Assembly: GCF_001194135.2 (NCBI RefSeq)
Contig: NC_068999.1
Coordinates: 42,542,605 to 42,580,592 of the forward strand
Origin: Octopus bimaculoides
Taxonomy: Eukaryota
DNA: 37,988 nucleotides
Direction: 5' to 3'
The notes beneath the pieces are model-generated. The model did not search any database, had not been told where the DNA came from, and saw only the letters and a program-made list of their open reading frames with translations. This document shows positions 10,545 to 22,325 of this stretch, one piece after another. Positions within the stretch are counted from its first letter, which is position 1, and each line of letters begins with the position of its first letter. A program made the position numbers and the translations under genes.

Positions 10545-10761
10545 CGAAGTGGGTGCTGCAAAGTTCCTGGATTTGGGTAATAAAAATACAGGAGGATCAA
10601 TTAATTACGATTTTATTCAACATATTCCCCACTCAGATTCACACACTTATTGCAGCGGTCCATCAGTGTTTCTAAGCCTTGTAAAAGAAATCGGAAGTTT
10701 CGGCCTCCAACTGGACCTTTCACTATACCCTTAAACCCAGGAACTGTTCAGCCCTCTCTCG
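10545..10761 (-). mobile_element. Mariner MITE / internal deletion derivative, 217 bp
   Basis: TA on both sides (10543-10544, 10762-10763). TIRs cgaagtgggtgctgcaaagttcctgg / ccaggaactgttcagccctctctcg. Minus-strand remnant QGLETLMDRCNKCVNLSGEYVE* matches the mariner transposase C-terminus. Confidence 0.85.
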
Positions 10762-10771
10762 TATATGTATA

Positions 10772-11144
10772 GGCGCAGGAGTGGCTGTATGGTAAGTAGC
10801 TTCCTTACCAACCACATGGTTCCGGGTTCAGTCTTCTACTATAGCCTCGGGCCGACCAAAGCCTTGTGAGTGGATTTGGTAGACGGAAACTGAAAGAAGC
10901 CCGTCGTATATATGTATATGTATATATATATATATTTATATGTGTGTTTGTGTGTCTGTGTTTGTCCCCCCCCAACATCGCTTGACAACCAATGCTGGTG
11001 TGTTTACGTCCCCGTAACTTAACGGTTCGGCAAAGAGACCGATAGAATAAGAACTAGGCTTACCAAGAATAAGTCCTGGGGTCGATTTGCTCGACTAAAG
11101 GCGGTGCTCCAGCATGGCCGCAGTCAAATGGCGGAAACAAGTAA
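10772..11144 (+). mobile_element. tRNA-derived SINE, family B, with an internal deletion of about 28 bp
   Basis: Collinear with 18660-19054 but lacks the ccactgcg...ccttgggcaag segment (gtc microhomology at the junction); internal AT/GT microsatellite; tail ggcggtgctccagcatggccgcag. Confidence 0.85.
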
Positions 11145-11766
11145 TTGAGTAAATGAGCATTTATATATGTATGTGTGTGCGTTTGTGTATGTTTGTGTGT
11201 GTATGTGTGTGCGTACGTCTATGGACTGTTTAAAAATGCGTATCAAACGTCCTCCATTGCGTTTCTAACTTCGTTTCCTTTGGTTCTCTCGCAACATATT
11301 TACCTCTTATAAAAGATATTATCTTCGTCCTCCTCTCAATTTCTCGTAACAGAAAGCGGAGGGGGGGGGGATAATAGATAAACAGTAAATAAACAAGTAA
11401 GATGAACATCCTGTAAAACCTAGTTGATAATGACATTTACACCGAGTGGCGAAACTCATTTGTTTATATTTACGTTAATGCGACTGTTAACGTAACTTTC
11501 GGCAGAAAAAGGATTCACTACGTTGAAGAAGAACTTGAGAAACCTAAGACGTGCAAAGAAGAGGAAGAAAATAAATAGGAAAAGAAAAACAAAAAAATAC
11601 AATTGAATTTTTCAAGCGCTAAAGGACTACATTACGAAAGAGTTACTTGACCTATTTGTTGCAGATGGAAAAACAATGCTACATAGATACACAAGGAATA
11701 TGGTTAGTATATATAAAAGGCAGTATCCTGTTCCAGTTCAAACGGTGTATACATGTGTGTGTATAT

Positions 11767-11849
<83 letters not shown>

Positions 11850-13111
11850 TATATGTATATGTATATATGTTTATGCGTATGTGTGTATAAATATTTAAAC
11901 ANNNNNNNNNNNNNNNNNNNNNNNNNNNNNNNNNNNNNNNNNNNNNNNNNNNNNNNNNNNNNNNNNNNNNNNNNNNNNNNNNNNNNNNNNNNNNNNNNNN
12001 NNNNNNNNNNNNNNNNNNNNNNNNNNNNNNNNNNNNNNNNNNNNNNNNNNNNNNNNNNNNNNNNNNNTATATATATATATATGTATATGTATCCTGATGA
12101 CTAAGTTTGGTGTTTTCTTTCAAATGGCCTACCGCATAGAATTTGCTGTAAAATATATGCATTTCACTAACATGACGAAACTGAGTTGTTTGTAATCTTA
12201 CGAACGGACATGTCTGATATTGTATTCCTGAAGAAAAGGCTGAATGACCATTATTGGAATGCCTTAGGTTAGTTTGACCAGGTGCTAACCATAAACAACT
12301 TCAGGTTTTTCTAAATGAAATTACCCTGGTGCTCAATAACAAAGACTACAACAATAAAAACCAAAATCGAAGCTTTTAAAGGAAATATGACTGCTATTTC
12401 TTACCGGAAATATAGCAGCCATATTGCAATACACCTCTTAACTCCAACCCTCGTGTCTTCATCCAATTGATAACTTAAACTACAATTGAGACCATAGTAA
12501 ATGATACATGGTCGCTGAAATAATACGTGATGGTCACAGCAAGAACGGAATTAATCATTGTTCAGCACAATCAAATCTAACTTGGGGGCTATACATAATT
12601 TTGAAAATATCAAATAATTTACTAAACTAACATCGCAATTATTGATTTTGGTTCTGGAAAATAAAATAATCTAACTTAAGGTTTTGATTTGAACCAGTTT
12701 AAGGCGGAAGTTTCTATCACAGAACCAGGAATGGTCTCAGATGCTGCTTGATATCAAATAAATTGAAAGCATATTGCTGTTTTTGCTATTTTGCACCATG
12801 TTAGGTTTGGTGAATCAGACTTTATGGTAGAGGATATTTCTGTTTATCCATCCATTTTTTAAAGAATATATTTATCACTACATTAGACAACACTTCCTTG
12901 CCTTTTATCAGCTGTGCCGCTGTTATTTTTGGAAGATGTTATTTTTAAGACTCCGTTATTGAATATTATGTTAGTGTTACAAGTGACTGCGGAATACGTA
13001 TGCATTTAAAACTGCAACTAATTTTATAACTAAGCTGTCCTGTTGGTTGAACCAATAGACTCTTTATTGTAGAGATCGACAGAAGGTAATTTTATTTATT
13101 TATTAACACAG

Positions 13112-13338
13112 TTCTTTTACTTTTGGCAGAAGTTCAGAAATATTGAGTGGGTGGTGGGAGGGAAAAGTCGATTACTTCGACCGCAGTCCTCAAAATGTAC
13201 TTATTTCGTCCACCAGAAAAGGGAGGTAATACAAAATCGACTTTTCGGGAATATAAGTACAGAACGTAAATAGACTGAAGAAATACCGGAAAACATTTTG
13301 TCCGGCATGATAACGATTCTGCCCAGCCCCCTGCCTTT
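13112..13338 (-). mobile_element. SINE family C, diverged
   Basis: gtcgattacttcgacc, aaaatcgactt, cagaacgtaaa, taacgattctgcc match the family-C reverse complement. Confidence 0.65.
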
Positions 13339-13367
13339 ATTCGTTTATTAATATATTTATATCTCAT

Positions 13368-13531
13368 AAGGTGGCGAGCTGGATGTTTACGTCTGTGTTC
13401 GAATGAGTTCGACTTTGCCTTTCATCCTTTAGGGGTCGATAAAATACGTACGATTGAAACCCTGGGGTCGATGTCATCCACACATCCCCTTCCCCAGAAA
13501 TTGCTGGCCTTGTGCCATAGTTAAAAAGGGA
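13368..13531 (+). mobile_element. SINE family C with internal deletion
   Basis: aaggtggcgagctgg, cgactttgcctttcatcctttaggggtcgata, ctggggtcgat, gccttgtgcc. Confidence 0.75.
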
Positions 13532-15236
13532 TATATTTATATCTTGCTGTACATTCAGAATTATAACATTAATTAATGTTTATAGGAAATGTAATGTTAA
13601 GTTATTCATACACTTTAAAGATTATTAACGATCTAGTTGTAAAGACATGGTTTCAAGCCACAATTTGTATGTGTATTGTCTGTCTTTAGAGCATGGTTAT
13701 AACCATGTTATGTCTTCCATATTTTCAGTCGAATGCTAACAATGTTATTGTCCCTACAGTCTTTCAAGCTTTAATTGAAACCTCATCTCTTGAGCTTCAG
13801 TGTCCTTCACATCAATAATTTTAGGATTTCTCACATTCGCTTGTTGTCAGCATTTGAATCGGAAATATTGCATTACATAACACCAATGACAAATTAACTT
13901 CCTTGAGAGAAAAAGACCGATCGTGATTCCCTTCTTTGTCTTTTATTTTTTTAATCTTCGAAAGGTGGCATCTCAGTATCTTTAAGAAATGTTACAGGTT
14001 ATATAACGTTCCACATCTGTCATCTTCGTCCTGTCAATAAAGGTTTCTACTGTAGGTAAAAGACAGGAAGTTATGGTCCTAATGGAAGCATTCGCTTCAT
14101 TCCAACCGATATTGATTTGCCCATATTTATATTTATCGATCCTGGATGTGGAAAAGAGAATGTTGATCTACGTTGGACTTGAACTCAAATATTATAATTA
14201 CGTCACTAAATGTTGTGTGGAATGTATTGAGGGTTTATAATACGGTCTTAATACACCATTCTTCGGTTAATTATAACTGTTACGATTATAATTATGCAAG
14301 CAGTGAGAGCTACGAAACACTCTCAAATGTTGACTTAAAAAGAAAGAACTCTAAAAACAAAAGGAACGAAACTAGCAGTGTGGAAATTCGATGGAACAAC
14401 ATTAAGGAAAATACTGGGAAAGATAAATCGATGATTTTCTGTAGCCACGTGACAGAGAAAAAAAACGGGAAACAAAGAAGGATTGAAGGAAAATATTGGA
14501 AAGAAGCACGATGTTGGAATTAAACAACAAATTTTCAGAAGGAACAAATGAGCGTGAGAAAAAGGAAGTAAATGTAACAAGCGCGAGAGAAGCGAATAAG
14601 GTGAAATGAAGTATTTTTTGTGGAGTGAATAGAAAATTACAAGCTTGAGCTCGGGTGTGTCTGTAAATGGACAGGTAGAGGATGTAATATTAGATGTGTA
14701 ATGTCAGTTTTACACGGTATAATGTACGAGTGTGATTGTGGATAGATTGTGTTTGCGTGTTTGTGTGTGTGTGTGGGAGGTCGAGTAGAAAAACGCGGTG
14801 TGAAATGCGATGAAACTGTGTTTAACCGTATCTTTTATTGGAGGGAGTTTTATGAAAAAAAAAACAAAAAAAAAACAAGACAATTCCAGTTTGTTACTAA
14901 CAGCGAATGCAATTTTAAGGTTTGCATAGATTAGATGTTAGTAAAAACGAAAACCGGAAACGGGAGCACCATGGAGTCATGTAGTAATTCCACAAACAGC
15001 GAGATGCCAGTAAGAATGGCTGGTAGGAATGAAGTGGTTGATGATAATTCTGTGTTTCGGTGCTGTTGCGACCGATGTTCAATCAGTTAACCACTAACCA
15101 TTTTCGCTTCTATATACTTAGCTACCTCAACTGCAGCATCCGGCATTTGTGAGGTGGGAAGAAAGGGGTTCGTGACACAACGTGCTCTAAAACGAAGGAA
15201 TAGAACAACAATGAGTAGAAAGAGTAATAATATTTT

Positions 15237-15449
15237 TTTCTATTGAAGGCACAAGGCCTGGAATTTTAGAGGAACGGAACTAATCGATTACATCGACCTC
15301 AGTGCATAACTGGTACATATTTTATCGACCCTGAAAGGATGAAAGGCAAAGTCGACCTCGGTTGAATTTGAACTCAGAACGTAGCGGCGGGTGAAACAAC
15401 GCTAAGCATTTCGTCCAGCGTGCTAACGATTCTATCAGCTCACCGCCTT
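15237..15449 (-). mobile_element. SINE family C, full length
   Basis: ggcacaaggcc...gatgaaaggcaaagtcgacctcgg...tttgaactcagaacg...gtgctaacgattct...ctcaccgcctt. Confidence 0.85.
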
Positions 15450-15480
15450 GATGGTGATGATGATGATAATGATGATGATA

Positions 15481-15524
<44 letters not shown>
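15450..15524. repeat. (GAT)/(AAT)n spacer between two tandem SINE C copies
   Basis: Read directly. Confidence 0.9.
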
Positions 15525-15740
15525 CCTTCCTACTAGAAGCACAAGGCCTCAAATTTGAGGGAAGGGAATAAGTCGATTACATCGACCCCACTGCGCAAAT
15601 AGTACTTATTTAATCGTCCCCCTACAGGATCGAAAGCAAAGTCGACATCGGCTTAATTTGAAATCACAATGTACATACGGACGAAATACCGCTAAGCATT
15701 TTGCTCGGCGTGCTAACGTTTCTGCCAGCTGACCGCCCTT
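15525..15740 (-). mobile_element. SINE family C, full length, tandem with the previous copy
   Basis: Same motifs; its head abuts a (GAT)n/(GGT)n tract at 15752-15805. Confidence 0.85.
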
Positions 15741-15767
15741 ATACTAGAGTAATGATAATGATGATGA

Positions 15768-15801
<34 letters not shown>

Positions 15802-16089
15802 GAAGGTGATTAAAACACTGCGGGGTTGGCAGAGAAACTCGAGGCATTAAATGAGAAGACTTGTTAATTGTGATTCACTTGTTAACTGGTATGATGACGT
15901 TATTTCTGGAACGCTCACAACAGACATTATATGTATAGCTTGTTGCCATAGCAGCAAAATGAATGGCTGTCAGCTGGTTCTACAGAATATGACACGATAG
16001 ACACACACACATTCAACCACATATACACAAACACACACACAGATACATACACACACGTGTATATATGTATCTTTACATACACACAGAGA

Positions 16090-16135
<46 letters not shown>

Positions 16136-16639
16136 NNNNNNNNNNNNNNNNNNNNNNNNNNNNNNNNNNNNNNNNNNNNNNNNNNNNNNNNNNNNNNNNN
16201 NNNNNNNNNNNNNNNNNNNNNNNNNNNNNNNNNNNNNNNNNNNNNNNNNNNNNNNNNNNNNNNNNNNNNNNNNNNNNNNNNNNNNNNNNNNNNNNNNNNN
16301 NNNNNNNNNNNNNNNNNNNNNNNNNNNNNNNNNNNNNNNNNNNNNNNNNNNNNNNNNNNNNNNNNNNNNNNNNNNNNNNNNNNNNNNNNNNNNNNNNNNN
16401 NNNNNNNNNNNNNNNNNNNNNNNNNNNNNNNNNNNNNNNNNNNNNNNNNNNNNNNNNNNNNNNNNNNNNNNNNNNNNNNNNNNNNNNNNNNNNNNNNNNN
16501 NNNNNNNNNNNNNNNNNNNNNNNNNNNNNNNNNNNNNNNNNNNNNNNNNNNNNNNNNNNNNNNNNNNNNNNNNNNNNNNNNNNNNNNNNNNNNNNNNNNN
16601 NNNNNNNNNNNNNNNNNNNNNNNNNNNNNNNNNNNNNNN

Positions 16640-16684
<45 letters not shown>

Positions 16685-16789
16685 GTATAAATACATAGAT
16701 ACGTAGAAACATTGATAGATACAGGAAGTGGAATAATGATAGGGAGAAAGATAGGGATATGAAAAGACAGATGTGATAAACATATGCTT

Positions 16790-16809
16790 ACAGACAGACA
16801 GACAGACAA

Positions 16810-16866
<57 letters not shown>

Positions 16867-16880
16867 CAGAAACAGAGAGA
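16790..16880. repeat. (GACA)/(GATA)/(GA) compound microsatellite
   Basis: Read directly. Confidence 0.9.
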
Positions 16881-17340
16881 GCGTGAAAGTGCGTCAGAGG
16901 AAGATGATGTAAGAAGAAGTGAATGCAGCCGAGACATAAGAAAGAAAGAAAGATAGGAATAGAAGAGGGAGAAATCCAGAAAGATCTAAAAGAAAGCAAG
17001 CATACAATCATTTGTTGATTCTTTGGTATCATTGAATTCCATGGCAGCGATGATTCTAATATGGCTTGTGCTGAATTGCAGCCATTGCCGTGTGAATGTG
17101 ACGTCTCCAAGACGACCTGTCACTGTGCGTTGGCTGAGACCAAAAATAGGATAAGAAACATGCAAGTTGACAATCGTCTCGGTTTGGCCTATTTTTACGG
17201 TGAAAAATGGTGAAATGGTAAAATAGCATTGAGGGGAGGTGGTCGCGGTAGGTAGGTGGGTAGGTGGGTAGATGGGTGTTTGTTTGCGAAAATGTAAGTG
17301 TGTGGGCGATGTCAAGGTTTCCCCGTCTCTCTTATTTTCG

Positions 17341-17474
17341 ATGGTTACGATGGTGATGACGACGACGATGATGATAATGATGATGATGGTGGTGGTGGAG
17401 GCGGTGGCAGAGGTGGTGGTGGTGGTGTTGTTGGTGGTGGTGGTGGTGGCGGTGGTGATGATGATGACGGTGAA

Positions 17475-17538
<64 letters not shown>

Positions 17539-17760
17539 GTGGTGGTGATAGTGGCGGTGGTGATAGTGGTGGTGGTGAGGATGATGATGGTGATGATGGT
17601 GGTGCTGGTGGTGATGATGACGATGATGATGATGGTGGTGATGATGATGACAGTGATGATGGTGGTGGTGATGATGATAGTGATGATGGTGGTGGTGGTG
17701 GTGGTGATGGTGATGATGATGGTGATATGGTGATGGTGATGATGATGATGGTGATGATAG

Positions 17761-17791
<31 letters not shown>

Positions 17792-17945
17792 AGTGGTGGT
17801 GGTAATGGTGGTGGTGTTGATGATGATGATGATGATGATGGTCAAGATGACGGTGGCGGTGGTGGTGGTGGTGGTAGTTGTGGTGGTTGTGATGATGATG
17901 GCGATGGTGATGATGATGACAACCGTGATGATGACTACTTCATGT
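17341..17945. repeat. Long compound (GAT)n/(GGT)n trinucleotide array, about 600 bp
   Basis: Read directly; produces the D/G-, M/V- and S/P-rich ORFs. Confidence 0.95.
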
Positions 17946-18375
17946 TGATAATGGAAATAGAAGGGCAAGGAGATGGATAAGAATGATGCTAATTATCATA
18001 GCCATTTGAAAGATACAGGTGCATTAGTGCTTTTGCTGTTGTTGTTGTCATTACTGCTGCTGCTGCTGTTGTTGTCGTAGATTAATTAATCAAACAAGAT
18101 ACGATAGTTCCATTCATTAACGTCTAGTCTTCAATGACCGCCCATCTAAACTGACTACATCTTTAAGATTCATCAGTTCTTTATGATAATAGATTCAAAT
18201 AAATACCCAACGCACAGACATAAGATTTGTAACTCTCACATTAATTGAAATATGAGGACTACTAATTCCACCCAATTTCGGATGAAATATTCCTATATAC
18301 CGATCCGCTGACCACTGCTATAGCAACAGGATTTTTGTTCTCCGTTTCCTAGAACAATATCAAACCTACATTACT

Positions 18376-18520
18376 TACATTATTTACATTTGACGGATAT
18401 TTGTCCTCATCTCGTTTTTTGTTAACACAACGTTTCAGGTGCTATACCCTCCAGCCTCCATCGGGTGTCTTGGGAAAATTTCGAACCTGGGTTCTCATTC
18501 CTAAGGTACTTTTCGATCAT
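18376..18520 (-). mobile_element. 3' module of the tRNA/HHR SINE (no tRNA head), degenerate hammerhead
   Basis: Reverse complement taccttaggaatgagaacccaggttcgaaaattttcccaagacac-ccgatgga-ggctg...gaaacgtt-gtgttaac...gatgaggacaaatatccgtcaaatg is collinear with 31185-31306. Confidence 0.75.
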
Positions 18521-18659
18521 TATTATCATTCAGTAGTTTTTCTTTTATAGCGTGCTTTCACTTCTCTACCGAGCGCAGCTCTGTGTGCCTTGGGTATGTG
18601 CTGTGGTTTGCTGTGATGCTCTTATTCATCAGGTATTTTCTAAATTATTTTGACCAATA

Positions 18660-19054
18660 GGCGCAGGAGTGGCTGTGTGGTAAGTAGCTTGCTTACCACC
18701 ACATGGCTCCGGTTTCAGTTCCACTGCGTTAGCACCTTGGGCAAGCGTCTTCTATTATAGCCTCGAGCCGACCAAAGCTTTGTGAGTGGATTTGGTAGAC
18801 GGAAACTGAAAGAAGCCCGTCGTATATATATATGGGTGTGTATGTATATGTCTGTGTGTCTGTGTTTGTCCTTCCACCATCGCTTGATAACCGATGCTGG
18901 TGTGTTTCCGTCCCCGTAACTTAGTGGTTCAGCAAGAGAGACCGATAGAATAAGTACTAGGCTTCCAAAGAATAAGTCCTGGGGTCGATTTGCTCGACTA
19001 AAGCCAGCGCACCAGCATGGTCGCAGTAAACTCACTGAAACAAATGAAAGAAAA
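18660..19054 (+). mobile_element. tRNA-derived SINE, family B, full length (CORE-like ccttgggcaag segment)
   Basis: Head ggcgcaggagtggctgtgtggtaag; ccttgggcaag resembles the CORE-SINE domain; collinear with 10772-11144. Confidence 0.85.
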
Positions 19055-19066
19055 ATGTAGGAACAA

Positions 19067-19365
19067 TCTTTCTTGGTGAAGAACAATAAACCATTTGTGC
19101 GACAGGTTCCCTGTCCTCCCGACTTGGCACCGCGTGATTCTGGTTCTTCCCCAAACTAAAAACTACGGTGAATGGGAAGCGATTTGAAATGCGATAGCAA
19201 ATTGTAAGAAATGCGACAACGTAGCTTCATAGCATTGCAGAATCGTTGAGAGAAGATTGCATTGAGAGAGGAACATTTTCAAAGCGATTAAATAAGATTT
19301 GTAAAATATTCAAAATATTTTGTTTTAGGCCCTAAAGGTCGGATACTTTTTGCTTGCTGCTCATA
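19067..19365 (+). mobile_element. Mariner 3' fragment (transposase pseudogene plus right TIR)
   Basis: SFLVKNNKPFVRQVPCPPDLAPRD, then a frameshift into WFFPKLKTTVNGKRFE...EEHFQSD*; this matches the YSPDLAPxD(F/Y)xLFxxLK motif. Ends in TIR-like aaaggtcggatactttttg...ctcata. Confidence 0.75.
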
Positions 19366-20147
19366 CATAACTCAGTCTCATAAATAGGGATTTTTACAGT
19401 AACTCCTCCGTCATTCAATATATTAATCTATCAATTCTTTTTTATTGATTAGTCAATCAATCAAATTCTCGCTCAGTCTCATCCACTGTATCAACACGTA
19501 TCTAGCTCTGTATACGCACACACAGTGTGTATGTGCTTGTGTATATGTGAGTGTGTGTACGTGTGTATCTTGACGTATCTTGCCTGTATATATATGTATA
19601 TATANNNNNNNNNNNNNNNNNNNNNNNNNNNNNNNNNNNNNNNNNNNNNNNNNNNNNNNNNNNNNNNNNNNNNNNNNNNNNNNNNNNNNNNNNNNNNNNN
19701 NNNNNNNNNNNNNNNNNNNNNNNNNNNNNNNNNNNNNNNNNNNNNNNNNNNNNNNNNNNNNNNNNNNNTTCCTTTCATCTTTATTTCCACTATTTGCAGT
19801 CATTTAGCTGCGGCCATGCTGGAACAAACCATCAAGAGTCTGCTGCTTAATTTAACTCCCTTTGTAATTCATAAAATGCTAAAAAGGCACTGGTGTATAT
19901 CGAGATAATAATGTTGGCCAAGTATACCGCAGAGTGCTTCGAATGCCGCTTTAAAACGAACCAATTCGCACGTTGCATGGAGACCGATGTAACGAATCCA
20001 CACAGGCCAACTTCAAACAGGAAAGATTCGAAGAGATGATCCATGTTAATGGAGAAGATTACGCTCCATGTCTGGCGAAACTAATGTATTCCATGGTGTA
20101 ATGAAAAGTAGCTACACACGCAGAAGACAACCAGATAGTGGATCTGT

Positions 20148-20452
20148 GAAGGCGCGTGGCTCAGTGGTTATTATTGGTATTCGCAAGGTTGGGAGTTCAA
20201 TTCCTGGCGATGCGTTGTGTCTTTGAGCAGAACACTTTATTTCACGTTGCTCCAATCCACCCAGCTGGCAAAAATATGTAGTATTTCAAAAAGGCCAGCC
20301 TTGTCACACTCTGTCTCATGCTGAATCTCCCTGAGAACTTCGTTAAGGGCAGAAGTGTCTGTGGAGCGCTCAGCCACTTGCACGTTAATTATATGAGCGG
20401 CATATTCCGTCGATCGGACCAACTGGCACATTCGTCGTTGTAACAGGCGGAG
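20148..20452 (+). mobile_element. tRNA-derived SINE, family A variant with a different central domain
   Basis: A-box tggctcagtgg, B-box gagttcaattcc; 3' body shared with 2720-2910. Confidence 0.8.
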
Positions 20453-21165
20453 GACAGGTAGATAATGGTGCCAAGTAAGTAGATCATTCCAGAGATGGTT
20501 GTGGAGATAAATGCCAGAGAGAGAAGGGGGGAGGGGGGGAGAGAGGAGGGATGGAGAGAGAGAGGAGAAAGAGGACGTCTTTGGACCATTAATAATGAGT
20601 TTTCAAATCCCGTACCAAAGGTACACTTTCAGCTTCATAGTTATTATAGGATGAACATAGATACATTCCGACCCGTCTGGAGCAAAGTGCGACTGAACTT
20701 AGGTTTTTGTGGATGAAATGCAAATCCTTTACTCATAACCAAAAATGATCACGATATCTGGAACCATACACGTCTGCAAGACGATCTTAAGTTTGCTGAA
20801 TTTTTCTACCAAGTAGGAGGCCTGTTAAATTTTATTTGAATTAAAAAGAGAACGAGAACATACATACATACATACAAACATACATACCAATAATGATTGG
20901 AGCACTAGGCTTTGTTAGCAAATGCTTAAAGGAGAATCTGGATAAACAGAGATTTTGAGAAAGAGAAATCAACCGGTTAATTCGTACATTACAAGTGCAA
21001 TCTGTGAGTGGAACAGTAAAAATATGCAAGACTTTTCTCAAGACTCAAATGTGAATTTGTGTGTGTTAACTACAAGATAGAGCCTTGTATCTTTGTTGGA
21101 AACCGACTCCCTCCTCAGTGGAAGATTTATAATAATTAAAAAATGAAAGAGATATACATACATAA

Positions 21166-21197
<32 letters not shown>

Positions 21198-21554
21198 GAA
21201 ATAGACAGATGCAAGTACAATATGTCAACCGAGACATATACATACGTTGTAAATTCAAATATATATGTATATATGTACATGTATATAATACACCATCTCA
21301 CTCTCTCTCTCTCACCCTCTCTCACACACACATTCTCACACATTTCTAACGCTCTATATATCTCTGTGTCTAGCGATTTGTCTATCTGTCTATCTATTCA
21401 TCGTTCTAAGTTGTAATTACATAAATGAATTTATCGAATACGTACACCTAAATGTTGTAGATTTTGTTTCACGCTATATTGTTAGCACTCAGGTTTTTCG
21501 CTTGAATATTGCTTCACTTTATATATTTTAAAACTGAGCTTCTGACTGACGGTG

Positions 21555-21590
21555 TCTTCCGGCGGACGACTTCCGGCGACTGACTTCCGC
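21555..21590. promoter_or_regulatory. Three ETS/GABP-type sites at 14-bp spacing (candidate core promoter)
   Basis: tcttccgg (21555), acttccgg (21569), acttccgc (21583) in a CpG-rich patch. Confidence 0.35.
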
Positions 21591-22199
21591 TGCCGTCCTT
21601 GTAGGATGTTTGCTGACAGCTTAATCGCTCTAACACAGCAAGATATTGTTTTTAACTGCAGATGCTATCAGCGCCTGTTTTCAGATAAAGTTTACAACAG
21701 CTAGTTATATTAATGATTTGTGTTGATGCCAATAGCTATATTTTTATCAATATTTTATCGAGATATGTGTAGCATTGCTGCTATTAATTAAAAGCAACCA
21801 GTTATAAAACTGTAATAAATGAAAAAATAAAAATAAACTTAATTTGTCGCGCTGTTTGCTTGCTTGAATTTTTTTTTCTAGCAAAGAAAAACTACAGCAG
21901 ATAACTGATGAATATCGGAATTAAACGATTTAATTAATACTCTGCTGATTCAACATTTGCATTTCTGTCTATAAATACACGTTATTTAATCACTTGTATT
22001 TTCATTTTCTTTGTTTTTACTATTATTAATACGTTGTTTGTTTTGTGTGTGTGTTTAACAGTGAATAAGAACGATATGTATATCAAGAGAAAAAGAATAT
22101 GTGATATTCATTCATCTTCCTAGATATCAAAGTGATTTCTTTCTTGAGCAGTGAGATGCATTAGGCCGCTTACCCAGTACCTATGGTGTATAACTGACC

Positions 22200-22325
22200 G
22201 ACATCTCGATGCTGGTCCATCACAATGTGACTCGTATACCGCCTAGTAAACTGGTGTTACGTGAAATTAAGCGTTTAGCTCAAGAACACAACACGCCACC
22301 CGGTCCGAGAATTAAAAACCGTCTT
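22200..22325 (-). mobile_element. Degenerate SINE fragment (head/CORE-like region)
   Basis: gctcaagaacacaacacgccacccggtccgagaatt resembles the reverse complement of family-A-type heads. Confidence 0.3.

Noticed and set aside
14173-14523. 116-aa N/K-rich ORF
   Set aside because: Low-complexity, A-rich composition, TTG start, no recognisable motif or splice support.
15927-17110. Long X-filled ORFs, also at 19453-19908, 24107-24379, 27952-28972, 29610-30490, 31927-32595, 33821-34867
   Set aside because: Read-through across N gaps.
17298-17948. 216-aa Asp/Gly-rich ORF resembling acidic biomineral or glycine-rich proteins
   Set aside because: GAT/GGT repeats are stop-free in two plus frames by construction. 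There is no signal peptide or unique domain, and similar tracts occur non-coding at 7030-7110 and 15752-15805.
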